NCBI GenBank assembly: GCA_963664305.2
Contig: CAXXLV010000002.1
Coordinates: 1,536,001-1,600,000, forward strand
DNA length: 64,000 bases
Direction of reading: 5' to 3'
DNA from: an uncultured Aliarcobacter sp.
GTDB taxonomy: Bacteria; Campylobacterota; Campylobacteria; Campylobacterales; Arcobacteraceae
The position numbers and the translations under genes are program-made. Positions 40,902-50,899 of the stretch are shown here, piece after piece (position 1 is the stretch's first letter; each line of letters starts with the position of its first letter). Below the pieces are notes generated by a model that saw only the letters and a list, made by a program, of their open reading frames with translations, made no database searches and was not told the DNA's origin.

Positions 40902-42179
40902 ATGGAAAGCAAAAGTATTTATAGACAATTTTATAATAAATTGATTATAGCTACTTCGCTTTTTATTATTGCTCTCTCTTTTATTTTTTATGAATACGCA
41001 AGAAGCACTGTTTATGATGACATCCAAGAAAATATGATTGGACAAGCAAAACAAATCCAAAAAAACTACATTTCTCCTGATAAATTTACTTCTGTAAAAA
41101 CACAATTTCAAAGTATTGATATAGTTAAAAATGTTGAACTTCAAGATATTAAATTTTTTAATTATCAAATGGGTGGAAAATATTATATAAAACTACTATA
41201 TCCATTTAATCTAGAAAATGGAGAATTTTTACAAATTATAAAAAATATCAGTTTAGAAAGAGAACTTTTATACTCTGTTATTTTTAAAAATCTTTTTATT
41301 TTGGCAATTCCTGGTTTTATTTTAATGCTTTTATACTCTTTAGTGGTTTCTAAATCACTTTTAAAACCAATTATGCAAATAAATAAAAAACTTGCAAATA
41401 TGGATGAACACTCTTTATCTCAAATTGATACAAAAGATTTACCTATTGAATTTCACTCTTTAGCAAACTCTATTAACTCTTTAACAAATAGAATAGGTAC
41501 TTATGTAAAATTTAAAAAAGAGTTATTTATAGGTGCTGCACATGAGCTTAAAACACCACTTGCAGTTATGAAATTAAAAAATGAAGTTACATTAAAGAAA
41601 AAAAGAGAAATTGAACAATACGAAGAGACTTTAAGACTTACGATAAAATCAATTGATGATATGAATATTATGATTTCATCTATTTTAGATATAGGAAGAA
41701 CAGAAGGTGCTCAGTTTGAACAAACGACAGAAATAGACTTAGTTGAGTATATCAAGAAAAAAGCAAATGACTATAGAATGTTAAGTGCTCAAAAAAATAT
41801 TATAATCACATTTTTTTCAAATATAAACCATCTAAATACTTCTATTCAAGTAACACTATTTAATCAAATATTACAAAATTTTGTACAAAATGCTATTAAG
41901 TTTACTCCAAATGAAAAAACAATAGATATTAGACTTAGAAAAACAAAAAAAGAAATTATCATTACTGTAACTGATGAAGGTATTGGAATTGATGAGAATA
42001 TTGATTTGTTTGCACCATTTAAAAGAGTTGGAAATCAAAGTGGTGTTGGATTAGGATTATTTCTTGCTAAAAATGCAGCTGATGCATTAAGAGCAAATAT
42101 TAGTATAAAAAATAGAGAAGATGGAAAATCAGGATGTGTTGCTAAACTTGTACTTAACAACACATCAAAAAATGATTAA
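40902..42179 (+). CDS. Membrane sensor histidine kinase (HAMP-HisKA-HATPase)
   Basis: AHELKTPL, QNAIKF, DEGIGI, GVGLGL. Confidence 0.9.
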   Translation: MESKSIYRQFYNKLIIATSLFIIALSFIFYEYARSTVYDDIQENMIGQAKQIQKNYISPDKFTSVKTQFQSIDIVKNVELQDIKFFNYQMGGKYYIKLLYPFNLENGEFLQIIKNISLERELLYSVIFKNLFILAIPGFILMLLYSLVVSKSLLKPIMQINKKLANMDEHSLSQIDTKDLPIEFHSLANSINSLTNRIGTYVKFKKELFIGAAHELKTPLAVMKLKNEVTLKKKREIEQYEETLRLTIKSIDDMNIMISSILDIGRTEGAQFEQTTEIDLVEYIKKKANDYRMLSAQKNIIITFFSNINHLNTSIQVTLFNQILQNFVQNAIKFTPNEKTIDIRLRKTKKEIIITVTDEGIGIDENIDLFAPFKRVGNQSGVGLGLFLAKNAADALRANISIKNREDGKSGCVAKLVLNNTSKND

Positions 42180-42608
42180 CTAAAATAACTCTCTATGTTC
42201 TATCTTTGTACATTTATTTTGTACAACTTTTAAACCAGCCTCTTTTGCTTTTAAAGCTGCTTCATTATTCACAAGTCCCAATTGGAACCAAACTGTATCA
42301 ACATCACCTCTTTTTATTGCTTCATCAACGATTTCTGCAATTGCATCTGGTTTTCTAAAAATATCAACCATATCAATTTTAAAAGGTATTTCACTAATTG
42401 TTCTATAAACTTTTTCACCTAAAATAGTATCTTCTTTAGGATAAACTGGAACTATTTTAAATCCAGCATTTTGTAAATAAACTGCAACCATATTTGATGC
42501 TTTTGTTGAATCTGGTGAAAGTCCAGCTATTGCGATTGTTTTTGTATTTTTAAAAATTTCTAATATTTCTTCATTTTTTGAATTTACAGTTGGGAATTCA
42601 CATTCCAT
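42180..42608 (-). CDS. CoA-binding protein (YccU-like)
   Basis: TIAIAGLS, DMVDIFR, VWFQLG, CTKIEH. Confidence 0.88.
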   Translation of the reverse strand: MECEFPTVNSKNEEILEIFKNTKTIAIAGLSPDSTKASNMVAVYLQNAGFKIVPVYPKEDTILGEKVYRTISEIPFKIDMVDIFRKPDAIAEIVDEAIKRGDVDTVWFQLGLVNNEAALKAKEAGLKVVQNKCTKIEHRELF

Positions 42609-42677
42609 TTTATATCCTTTATAATAAATTGTTCTATTATAAAGAAAATATATTTAAAAGAATGCTAAAAAGATAAA

Positions 42678-43724
42678 TTAGATATTATCTAATTTATTTT
42701 GAATGTAGTTTCTTACTTCTTGGAAATCTATTGTTTCTTTGAAATCTTCAAATTTACCACCACTTGCATTTACGTGTCCACCACCATTTGCAAGCTTAGT
42801 TGCTAACATAGAAACATCAAGTTTTCCATCTGCTCTAAAAGAGGCATTTCCTTTTTTATTTATATCAATAAAAAAATCATAATCAGGATTTGCTTTTAAA
42901 AATGCATTTGCAGGAATTGAAATTGAACCTAAACAGTATGTTAATAATCCTTTTTGATTATTATAAACAACAGTTAACTCTTCTTTTATATCATCTAGAG
43001 TCTTAACTAAATATGTTGCACTTAAATTATCTAAAGTATCATCTTTATCATGTAGTTTTAAAAACTCTTTTTTAATAAAATGAACTTCATTGTCAAGTTT
43101 TATATAACCATCAATTTCATCTAAAAATTTTGAAGCTTCTTTTAAAAGATAAAATTTAAATTCTCTATTTAAATCTGCAAACAAAATATTATTAATCTCT
43201 TTTACTTTTGTTATCATTGACATTAAAACTTTTCCAAATTCAAAGTTTTTAATCTCATTTTCAAGCCAAATATCAACAGCATTGATAGCATCAACTAAAG
43301 GTTTTAGCCAAGTACTTGTTTGACAATCAAAACCTTCATACTCTTCAAACATATAATCATAAACTATTTTTGTAGCACATCTTTTATCATCTAAAAAATA
43401 CCAATAAAACTTTTCAGCACTTTTCTTTCCACTTATATGATGGTCTAATAATTGAAGTTTGATTTTATATCCATCTTCTATCATTTTATTGATATCATTA
43501 TCTAAATCTACAGATTCTTGGAAAGTTAGATTTAAATCACTAATTAAAAAAACTATCTCTTCGTCTTTATATTTTGATATATCTTCTAAAGCTTTTTTAA
43601 TAGTTAACTTTACTTCTAATCCATAGTTTGCATTATAAAAAAATCCTTCTTTAAAGAACTCTTTTGTAATTAATTGACATCCATATCCATCTAAATCAGT
43701 ATGGGAAATATGAAAAAGTTTCAT
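42678..43724 (-). CDS. DHH/DHHA1 family phosphoesterase
   Basis: SHTDLDG, ISDL, LDHH, GGGHVNASGG. Confidence 0.88.
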   Translation of the reverse strand: MKLFHISHTDLDGYGCQLITKEFFKEGFFYNANYGLEVKLTIKKALEDISKYKDEEIVFLISDLNLTFQESVDLDNDINKMIEDGYKIKLQLLDHHISGKKSAEKFYWYFLDDKRCATKIVYDYMFEEYEGFDCQTSTWLKPLVDAINAVDIWLENEIKNFEFGKVLMSMITKVKEINNILFADLNREFKFYLLKEASKFLDEIDGYIKLDNEVHFIKKEFLKLHDKDDTLDNLSATYLVKTLDDIKEELTVVYNNQKGLLTYCLGSISIPANAFLKANPDYDFFIDINKKGNASFRADGKLDVSMLATKLANGGGHVNASGGKFEDFKETIDFQEVRNYIQNKLDNI

Positions 43725-44122
43725 TAAGCAATATCTTTTAAAGTTAATTTAGCTAAAAAATCATTCACTTTGAATTGAAGATTATTTAATAATGGCCAAA
43801 TTGTACAAGACATAGCTTTATGGTTTGGACAACTTTGAAGTGAAGGAGCACACTCAAATACCATAGGCATTCTCTCTTCTGCTGCTTCAACAATTTCAAG
43901 TATTGTTATCTCTTCCCAAGATTTTTTTAGTGCAAATCCACCATTTACACCTCTATGAGAAACTACTAATTCATGTTTTGCTAAATTTTGCATGATTTTT
44001 GCTAAAAATGATTTTGATATATCTAACTCTTTTGATAAAACATCTACATTCATTGGTTCATCACTTTTAGCAATGCAAATTAATGAAAGTAATGCATATT
44101 CACTTTTTTTTGTTAATAACAT
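43724..44122 (-). CDS. Rrf2 family transcriptional regulator
   Basis: SEYAL, FLAKIMQ.L, RGVNGGF; three C-terminal Cys. Confidence 0.88.
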   Translation of the reverse strand: MLLTKKSEYALLSLICIAKSDEPMNVDVLSKELDISKSFLAKIMQNLAKHELVVSHRGVNGGFALKKSWEEITILEIVEAAEERMPMVFECAPSLQSCPNHKAMSCTIWPLLNNLQFKVNDFLAKLTLKDIA

Positions 44123-44224
44123 ATTATAATTTTCCAATTTTTTTATATTTTGTATATATTTTACAAGAAGTATTATTAAGATTCGTTATTAAAATCAATT
44201 AAATGAAATTTTTAATTAAAAAAA

Positions 44225-44253
44225 AAGGGTTGCAGTTAAAAACTACAACCCTT
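44225..44253 (-). terminator. Intrinsic terminator after rpsO
   Basis: AAGGGTTGCAGTT/AACTACAACCCTT stem with T-run on the minus strand. Confidence 0.7.
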
Positions 44254-44276
44254 CCAAACTTAATAATTTGAACAAA

Positions 44277-44549
44277 TTATTTAGCTCTGATTCCTAAAGA
44301 AGCTACTAATTCTACGAATCCAGCGTAGTTTGTTCTTCTTAAATATGTTAATAATCTTTTTCTTTTACCAACCATTTTTAAAAGACCTAATCTTGAAGAG
44401 TGATCTTTTTTGAAAACTTTTAAGTGTTCAGTTAAAATTTTAATTTGCTCTGTTAATAAAGCAATTTGAACTTCTGATGAACCAGTATCACCATCTTTTT
44501 TTCCGTATTTTGCAATTATAGCTGCTTTTACTTCCTGATCTAAAGCCAT
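44277..44549 (-). CDS. rpsO: 30S ribosomal protein S15
   Basis: [33 protein letters not shown]. Confidence 0.97.
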   Translation of the reverse strand: MALDQEVKAAIIAKYGKKDGDTGSSEVQIALLTEQIKILTEHLKVFKKDHSSRLGLLKMVGKRKRLLTYLRRTNYAGFVELVASLGIRAK

Positions 44550-44648
44550 GTTGACCTCCTAATAGGTATATGTTAATTTTTTCATTTTCAAAATGAGTCG
44601 CAATTTTATATAAAAAATACTTTAACTTTACTTTAACTAAAATATTTC

Positions 44649-45620
44649 TTAACCACCAGTTTGATAAAAAGCTCTTGATGAAATTTCATTATCATCTTTT
44701 ACTGACCATTTATTTTTTTCTGGTTTGTTTTGTAAAACTTTTTTTAATATCTCAACAGCTTCATCAATTCTATTATTTTGCACTGCATCTTTTATGCTCA
44801 TTGCATCTTCAAAATATAAACAAGGTATTAAATACCCTTCTGCTGTTAATCTAATTCTATTACATGCAGCACAAAAGTCATCTTTATGTGGTTCAATTAT
44901 TCCGAATTCATATCCATCTTCAAATCTATAATATTGTGCAGGAGAGCTTGTATCTCTTGGAACCATTTCAAAATCTGGATATTTTGAAGAAATAATTGCT
45001 TTTAATTCATCCGAGTTTAATCCCTTGATACTCTCTTTTGCATGATGGTTTTCCATAAATTCAATAAATCTTACAACATAACCTTTTTGCCTACAAAATT
45101 CTAAAACATCAAGAACATCACTATCATTTATTCCTTTTACAGGAACACAATTTATTTTTATTTTTAAGCCTGCATCATCAGCTGCTTGAATTCCTTCTAA
45201 AACTGTTGCTAAAACATCTTTTTGAGCCATTTTAGCAGCTGTTGCATGATTTAAAGTATCAAGTGAAATATTTATTCTTTTTAATCCAGCATCTTTTAGT
45301 TTTTGAGCAACTCTTGGAAGTAAAAATCCATTTGTTGTTAGAGCTAAATCAATATCATTTTTATAATCAAATACCATTTTTATAAAAATATCTAAACCTT
45401 CTCTTAAAAGTGGTTCTCCACCAGTTATTCTTACTTTTTTTATTCCTTCATCTATTGAAACTTTGATAAATTTAAATAAATCTTCATAAGAAAGAAGATT
45501 TTCTCTAGGAACCCAAGAAAAAGGTTTTTCTGGCATACAGTATTGACATCTAAAATTACATCTTTCTGTTACAGAAACCCTTAGATAATCAACCTTTCTT
45601 CCAAATCCGTCTATTAACAT
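44649..45620 (-). CDS. moaA: GTP 3',8-cyclase (molybdenum cofactor biosynthesis)
   Basis: [30 protein letters not shown]-terminal GG. Confidence 0.95.
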   Translation of the reverse strand: MLIDGFGRKVDYLRVSVTERCNFRCQYCMPEKPFSWVPRENLLSYEDLFKFIKVSIDEGIKKVRITGGEPLLREGLDIFIKMVFDYKNDIDLALTTNGFLLPRVAQKLKDAGLKRINISLDTLNHATAAKMAQKDVLATVLEGIQAADDAGLKIKINCVPVKGINDSDVLDVLEFCRQKGYVVRFIEFMENHHAKESIKGLNSDELKAIISSKYPDFEMVPRDTSSPAQYYRFEDGYEFGIIEPHKDDFCAACNRIRLTAEGYLIPCLYFEDAMSIKDAVQNNRIDEAVEILKKVLQNKPEKNKWSVKDDNEISSRAFYQTGG

Positions 45621-45640
45621 TTTTTACCTTTTTATATCTA

Positions 45641-46558
45641 TTAATTTAATCTTTGCCATGCTTCATCTAATGAAGTAACTCTGTTAGAAAATAAAAGATA
45701 TAAAGCCACATTAAATTTTGCAAGTTTTAAAATCTCATCATCAGGATTTTTTACAATATTTAAAGCTTCTTCAAGAGTTATATTTTCAAACTCTTTAGAG
45801 TAATTAACTCCAAAATCTTTTAAAGAGAAGCTCTCTTCTACTATTTGCTCATCTTTCATTTTCCAATATTTACCATCTTTAAATACCTCAGGACTTCCTT
45901 CACTTGCCTTTACAACAACAACTTCTTTAAAATATGGTGCAAAAATTTCTAAATATTTTTGTACATAAGGTTTATGGAATGCTGTTGTTACACCAAATTC
46001 ACTTAAAGCAGGATTTAAAAGTTTTTCAACTGTGTTAAATGCTGTTCTTAAACCTAATTCATGTCGTAAAGGAGTAAGGTCACTTAATTCCTTCAAGTAT
46101 TCTACCCTATCAAAAAAATGTATGTATTGACCTTTGTCAATATTTTGATAAATCTCTTTTGTTGTAAGTCCAGCTTTTGCAGGTTGTAAATAATCTCCTG
46201 AAATTACTAAATTCAATCTTTTTACATCTGTATTCTTTTTATAAAACTCTTCTAAAATATTTTCAAATAAAGGAAATAAAAAAGGATTTTCACATCTTCC
46301 ATCAAATGAATATCCAAGTTCAATTGAATCTTCTACTTTTTTAAATTTTATATATTTTCTTAAAGCTTCAATTGCTCCGCTTAATTCTTCATTTGTTTCA
46401 AGTTTAGTTCTCCAACCAATAAGAAAAGCTCCTATTTGGGCTGGTGTGGCTTTATTTAATAAAATGTGTTCAGTTGCATCAAAAATTTCATCTTTTGATA
46501 AATCTCTATTACCTTTTAAACCTGTTCCAACAGCTTTTATATATTTTTTAAAATTCAT
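45641..46558 (-). CDS. Glycosyltransferase family 3 / YbiB-like protein
   Basis: YIKAVGTG, AQIGAFL, RHELGLRT, EGSPE. Confidence 0.7.
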   Translation of the reverse strand: MNFKKYIKAVGTGLKGNRDLSKDEIFDATEHILLNKATPAQIGAFLIGWRTKLETNEELSGAIEALRKYIKFKKVEDSIELGYSFDGRCENPFLFPLFENILEEFYKKNTDVKRLNLVISGDYLQPAKAGLTTKEIYQNIDKGQYIHFFDRVEYLKELSDLTPLRHELGLRTAFNTVEKLLNPALSEFGVTTAFHKPYVQKYLEIFAPYFKEVVVVKASEGSPEVFKDGKYWKMKDEQIVEESFSLKDFGVNYSKEFENITLEEALNIVKNPDDEILKLAKFNVALYLLFSNRVTSLDEAWQRLN

Positions 46559-46645
46559 TAATTTGCCTAATTTTTTATTTTTTAATTTATATTTTTACAA
46601 GGATAATATACAATTGCTTAAATAAAACAATCAGCAAAGGTTAGT

Positions 46646-47311
46646 GTGAATTTACTTGAAACCATCAGAAAAATAAGTTTTTTTAATAGTTTAACGGAAG
46701 AACAAATAGGAATGATTTCTTCCATATCAACTGTTTCTAAATTTGAAAGTAACTCTATATTATTTTATGAAAGTGATAGAAAAAACAACCTTCTTTTTTT
46801 AGTTGATGGTTTAATTAAAATTTACAAATATGATAAATTTGGGAATGAAATCTTTTTATATCATATTTATAAAAACTCAATGATTAGTGAACTCTCTTCT
46901 TTAAAATCTACTGATATTTATTGTTTTTCAAATGCAGAATTTATTGAAGATTCTGTTATTTTATCTGTAAATTTTGAAAAACTTCATGAATACTTTTTAT
47001 CTAAAAATATTTTACTAACTGAATTAATGGAAATACTTCTTGATAAAACTCATCAATTACAATGTATTGTAAATAGAGAATTGGTATTTGATGCTACGGC
47101 AAAAGTTGCGTTTATGTTAAAAAATGATTTAAAAATGTTTAATAAATTAAAAAGGCAAGAAGTCTCTTTTATGTTACATATTCAGCCAGAAACTCTATCT
47201 AGAGTTTTAAAAAGATTATCAAGAGATAATATAATTTCTGTTGAAAATGGTGATATTGTAATAAATGATGAAGAGAGTTTAATTTCAATCTTCAAAGGAG
47301 TTGGAGTATGA
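46646..47311 (+). CDS. Crp/Fnr family regulator (NssR/DNR-like)
   Basis: cNMP-binding-like N domain; HTH with PETLSR. Confidence 0.88.
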   Translation: MNLLETIRKISFFNSLTEEQIGMISSISTVSKFESNSILFYESDRKNNLLFLVDGLIKIYKYDKFGNEIFLYHIYKNSMISELSSLKSTDIYCFSNAEFIEDSVILSVNFEKLHEYFLSKNILLTELMEILLDKTHQLQCIVNRELVFDATAKVAFMLKNDLKMFNKLKRQEVSFMLHIQPETLSRVLKRLSRDNIISVENGDIVINDEESLISIFKGVGV

Positions 47312-48321
47312 ATAAAAATAAAATTAGTACAAAAATAAAATCTTTAGGAATTTTGTTTTTTGTTCTTATGATAAGTGTAATTGCAACTACTATTTATCTA
47401 AATAATAAAAGTAAAAAAGATGCTTTAATTATAAATATTGCGGGAAAACAAAGAATGTTAACTCAAAATATTTCTAAAAATGTCTTTTATTTATCTCAAC
47501 ATAAAGATTCATCTTTCGTTGAACTTGAAAATTCAATTACTGAATTTATTTATAATCTAAATTCTTTAAGAGATGGAAATCAATTATCAGGTATACAAAA
47601 AGCTCCAACGACAGAAATCGCAAATCAACTTGTAAAAATAGAAATTTTATGGAAAAGTTTTTTTCAAAATATTGTTAATTTTAAAGAATTAATAAATAAA
47701 AATGATTTTGCATCTGAAAACTCATTAAAAAATATTATTGATTTAATTTATACGACAAATCCTGTTTTATTAGAAGAAGTTGATAAATTAGTTTCAATGT
47801 ATACTCTTTACAGTGAAGAAAAAAGTAATGATGTTAGATATATGCAATATTTCTTTGCCCTTTTGATTTTATTATTAATTATTTATAGTTTTTCACAATT
47901 AAAATCTATGGAAGAAAATGCCAAAAAATTTTTAGAAGAATCTAAAAAAATAGTAGAACAAAATCCAACAAAACCTCTAACTCCAATAAAAATAGAGGGA
48001 GAAAATGAGATTATTGAAGCAACGCAAACAATAAACTGTTTTATTGAAAAAATAAATTCAGTTATGAATTATTCAGCAAGTGCCATTGAACAATCAAAAA
48101 ATGCTTCTTTAAAACTTGAAGAATTAACTGATGAATTTGACAAAATCATTTATGATTTAACTAATTCAGCTGATATTTCAAAGCAACTAAATAGAAGTGA
48201 AGATATTGCCATTCAATCTCAAGAATATTTAATTAACTCGACAAAAAGACTTCAAGAATTAAAAAAAGAGTTAGATAAAATCTTAAAATCTTGTAATAAT
48301 TCAGTATCTTCTGAAGCTTAA
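47308..48321 (+). CDS. Membrane protein with NarX/PilJ-like periplasmic sensor domain and coiled-coil tail
   Basis: IINIAGKQRMLTQ (P-box-like), two TM segments; no kinase or MCP tip motif. Confidence 0.7.
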   Translation: MNKNKISTKIKSLGILFFVLMISVIATTIYLNNKSKKDALIINIAGKQRMLTQNISKNVFYLSQHKDSSFVELENSITEFIYNLNSLRDGNQLSGIQKAPTTEIANQLVKIEILWKSFFQNIVNFKELINKNDFASENSLKNIIDLIYTTNPVLLEEVDKLVSMYTLYSEEKSNDVRYMQYFFALLILLLIIYSFSQLKSMEENAKKFLEESKKIVEQNPTKPLTPIKIEGENEIIEATQTINCFIEKINSVMNYSASAIEQSKNASLKLEELTDEFDKIIYDLTNSADISKQLNRSEDIAIQSQEYLINSTKRLQELKKELDKILKSCNNSVSSEA

Positions 48322-48375
48322 AAAAGTTTTAGATATAATTTATCTAAATAATATATATAAGGGATATTAATTATT

Positions 48376-49110
48376 ATGCCAAAAGTTTATCTAACTGGAG
48401 CAGGTCCAGGAGATGTAGAACTACTTACATTAAAAGCTGTAAGAGTTATTGAAAATGCTGATGTTTTAATTTATGATAGATTAGTTAATCCAGAAATTCT
48501 TAAAATGGTAAAAAGTTCTTGTGAATTAATTTATGTGGGAAAAGAAGATAAAAAACATACTCTTCCTCAAGAAGATATAAATGAATTAATTTATCAAGCT
48601 TCTCTTAAATATGAAAATGTTGTAAGATTAAAAGGTGGTGACCCTTTTGTTTTCGGTCGAGGTGCAGAAGAAGCTCTTTACTTACAAGAAAGAGGAATTA
48701 AATTTGAAATAATTCCTGGAATCACTTCAGCTATTGCAGTTCCAGCATATGCTGGAATTCCTGTAACTCATAGAGGAATTACAACTTCATTTAGAGTTGT
48801 AACTGGTCATGAAAATCCAAAGAAAAAAATCTCTCAAATAGAATGGGAAACTTTTTTAAATGATGAAACAATAGTTTTTTTGATGGGATATCATAATATT
48901 GAATTAATCTCTTCAAAATTAATAACTTTAGGAAAAAGAAAAGATTACCCATGTGCAGTAATATCAAAAGGAACAACTAAAGAACAAAAAGTAGTTGTTG
49001 GAACTTTAGAGAATATTGTTGAAAAATCAAAAGGTTTAGAAACTCCTGCCATGATTGTTATTGGTGAAGTTGTAAATTTGAAAGAAAAAATCAATTGGTT
49101 TAATATTTAG
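48376..49110 (+). CDS. cobA: Uroporphyrinogen-III C-methyltransferase
   Basis: GAGPGD..LLT, RLKGGDPFVFGRG.EE, PGITSA, GIPVTHRG. Confidence 0.93.
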   Translation: MPKVYLTGAGPGDVELLTLKAVRVIENADVLIYDRLVNPEILKMVKSSCELIYVGKEDKKHTLPQEDINELIYQASLKYENVVRLKGGDPFVFGRGAEEALYLQERGIKFEIIPGITSAIAVPAYAGIPVTHRGITTSFRVVTGHENPKKKISQIEWETFLNDETIVFLMGYHNIELISSKLITLGKRKDYPCAVISKGTTKEQKVVVGTLENIVEKSKGLETPAMIVIGEVVNLKEKINWFNI

Positions 49111-49162
49111 TCAAAATCTTTGATAGAATAATAAAATAATTTTTTTAGGCAAGGAAACAGTT

Positions 49163-50785
49163 ATGAATAATTCTCTTCAAACAGAAAATTTTCTTAAATT
49201 AATCTCAAAACATCTACCTGATATGTTATGGGCAAAAGATTTAGAGGGGAATTACTTATATGCAAATGAATCTATTTGCAAAAATCTATTAATGGCCACA
49301 CCCGAAGAGGTTCCTGGAAAAAATGATATCTACTTTGCAAAAAGAGAAAGAGAAAGACATCCTCAAAATAAACAATGGCATACTTTTGGAGAATTATGTG
49401 CAAACTCTGATTTATTAGTTCTTGAAAGTATGAAACCTATGATATTCCAAGAGTATGGAAATATCAAAGGAAAACTTGTTTATTTAGAAGTTAATAAAGC
49501 TCCTTTACATGATGAGAAAGGAAAACTAATTGGTACAATTGGAAGTGGAAGAGATATTACTGAACAAGTAAAACTTGAAGAAAAAGCAGAAAAACTTGCA
49601 TATTATGACCAATTAACAGCTTTACCAAATAGACAAAAAATTCTTTTAGATATCTCAGAAAAATCCCCAACTGCTTGTGCTATTTTTAATATAGATGAAT
49701 TTAAAGAGATAAATGATTTTTTTGGAACAGATAATGGAGATAAAATTCTTCAAGAAATTGCGAATTGGTTTTTAGAACTAGATTTTACAACTTATAGAAT
49801 TGACGGGGATGAATTTGCAATTTTATTTTATGATGAACATCCAATAGAAGTTTTAAAACATAATGTTGAAAATATTTTATCTCTATTTGAAGAAGAGATG
49901 TTTCATATTGAAGAAGAACATATTCATATTAGATTTTCTGTAGGTATTGCAAAAGAAAAACAAAACTTACTAACAAAAGCAGATATTGCTGTTCATTATG
50001 CAAAAGAAAACAAAGAAAAAGTTGCAATTTATGAAGAAAAAGCAAATATCGAACAAACTTACAAAAAGAATATTGCAATAGCATCTTCTATTAGAGAAGC
50101 CTTACTAGATAATAGAATCGTTTGTTATTATCAACCAATTATGGATTTAGCTACAGGAGAAATTAAAAAATATGAAACCTTAGTTAGAATGGTTGATACG
50201 GAGAATAAAATTATTCTTCCTTTAGATTTTTTAAATATTGCAAAAAAGACAAAACTATATTCTCATTTAACAAAAGAGATTATCCATCAAGCGTGCAATA
50301 CTTTCAAAGATAGAGATGAAACTTTTTCAATAAATTTATCAATAGATGACATCAAAGATTTAACTACACTTCAAGAAATTATTCAAACAATAATAAAAAC
50401 AAAAACTTCAGATAGAATCATTTTTGAAATTTTAGAATCAGAAGGAATTGAGAATTATGATGAAATTACAAATTTTATCACTCAAGTAAAAGCTCTTGGT
50501 GCAAAAATTGCAATTGATGATTTTGGTACAGGATATTCTAACTTTGAACATATTTTACGGTTACATGTTGATTACATAAAAATTGATGGTTCATTAATAA
50601 AAAATATTGACAAAAATGATAGACATAAAATTATTGTTGAAACAATTGTAGAGTTTTCAAAAAAAATTGGAGCTAAAACTATCGCTGAATTCGTTGCTGA
50701 TGAAAATGTTTTTAATATTATAAAAAACATTGGTGTTGATTTTTCACAGGGATATTACACAGGAAAACCAACAACTCTTATATAA
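49163..50785 (+). CDS. PAS-GGDEF(degenerate)-EAL protein, probable c-di-GMP phosphodiesterase
   Basis: PAS/PAC; RIDGDEF; YQPI, ETLVR, IDDFGTGYS, KIDGS. Confidence 0.88.
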   Translation: MNNSLQTENFLKLISKHLPDMLWAKDLEGNYLYANESICKNLLMATPEEVPGKNDIYFAKRERERHPQNKQWHTFGELCANSDLLVLESMKPMIFQEYGNIKGKLVYLEVNKAPLHDEKGKLIGTIGSGRDITEQVKLEEKAEKLAYYDQLTALPNRQKILLDISEKSPTACAIFNIDEFKEINDFFGTDNGDKILQEIANWFLELDFTTYRIDGDEFAILFYDEHPIEVLKHNVENILSLFEEEMFHIEEEHIHIRFSVGIAKEKQNLLTKADIAVHYAKENKEKVAIYEEKANIEQTYKKNIAIASSIREALLDNRIVCYYQPIMDLATGEIKKYETLVRMVDTENKIILPLDFLNIAKKTKLYSHLTKEIIHQACNTFKDRDETFSINLSIDDIKDLTTLQEIIQTIIKTKTSDRIIFEILESEGIENYDEITNFITQVKALGAKIAIDDFGTGYSNFEHILRLHVDYIKIDGSLIKNIDKNDRHKIIVETIVEFSKKIGAKTIAEFVADENVFNIIKNIGVDFSQGYYTGKPTTLI

Positions 50786-50822
50786 TTAAGACTATTTTAG
50801 TCTTAATTTATTCTTAAACAAA

Positions 50823-50864
50823 TTGATATAAGTCAATTCTATTTCATTATTTTATAGTTACAAT
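50823..50864 (+). promoter_or_regulatory. Crp/Fnr (Nss-box-like) site plus -10 for napA
   Basis: TTGATATAAGTCAA at 50823-50836; TACAAT at 50859-50864. Confidence 0.75.
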
Positions 50865-50899
50865 TCATTGTTAAGAATTTATTTCATAAAGGAGAAATC

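Noticed and set aside
44550..44648. S15 autoregulatory RNA leader
   Set aside because: Plausible by analogy, but no structure I can support from the sequence
49163..50785. Active diguanylate cyclase
   Set aside because: GGDEF motif reads DGDEF while EAL-domain motifs look intact, so phosphodiesterase is more likely
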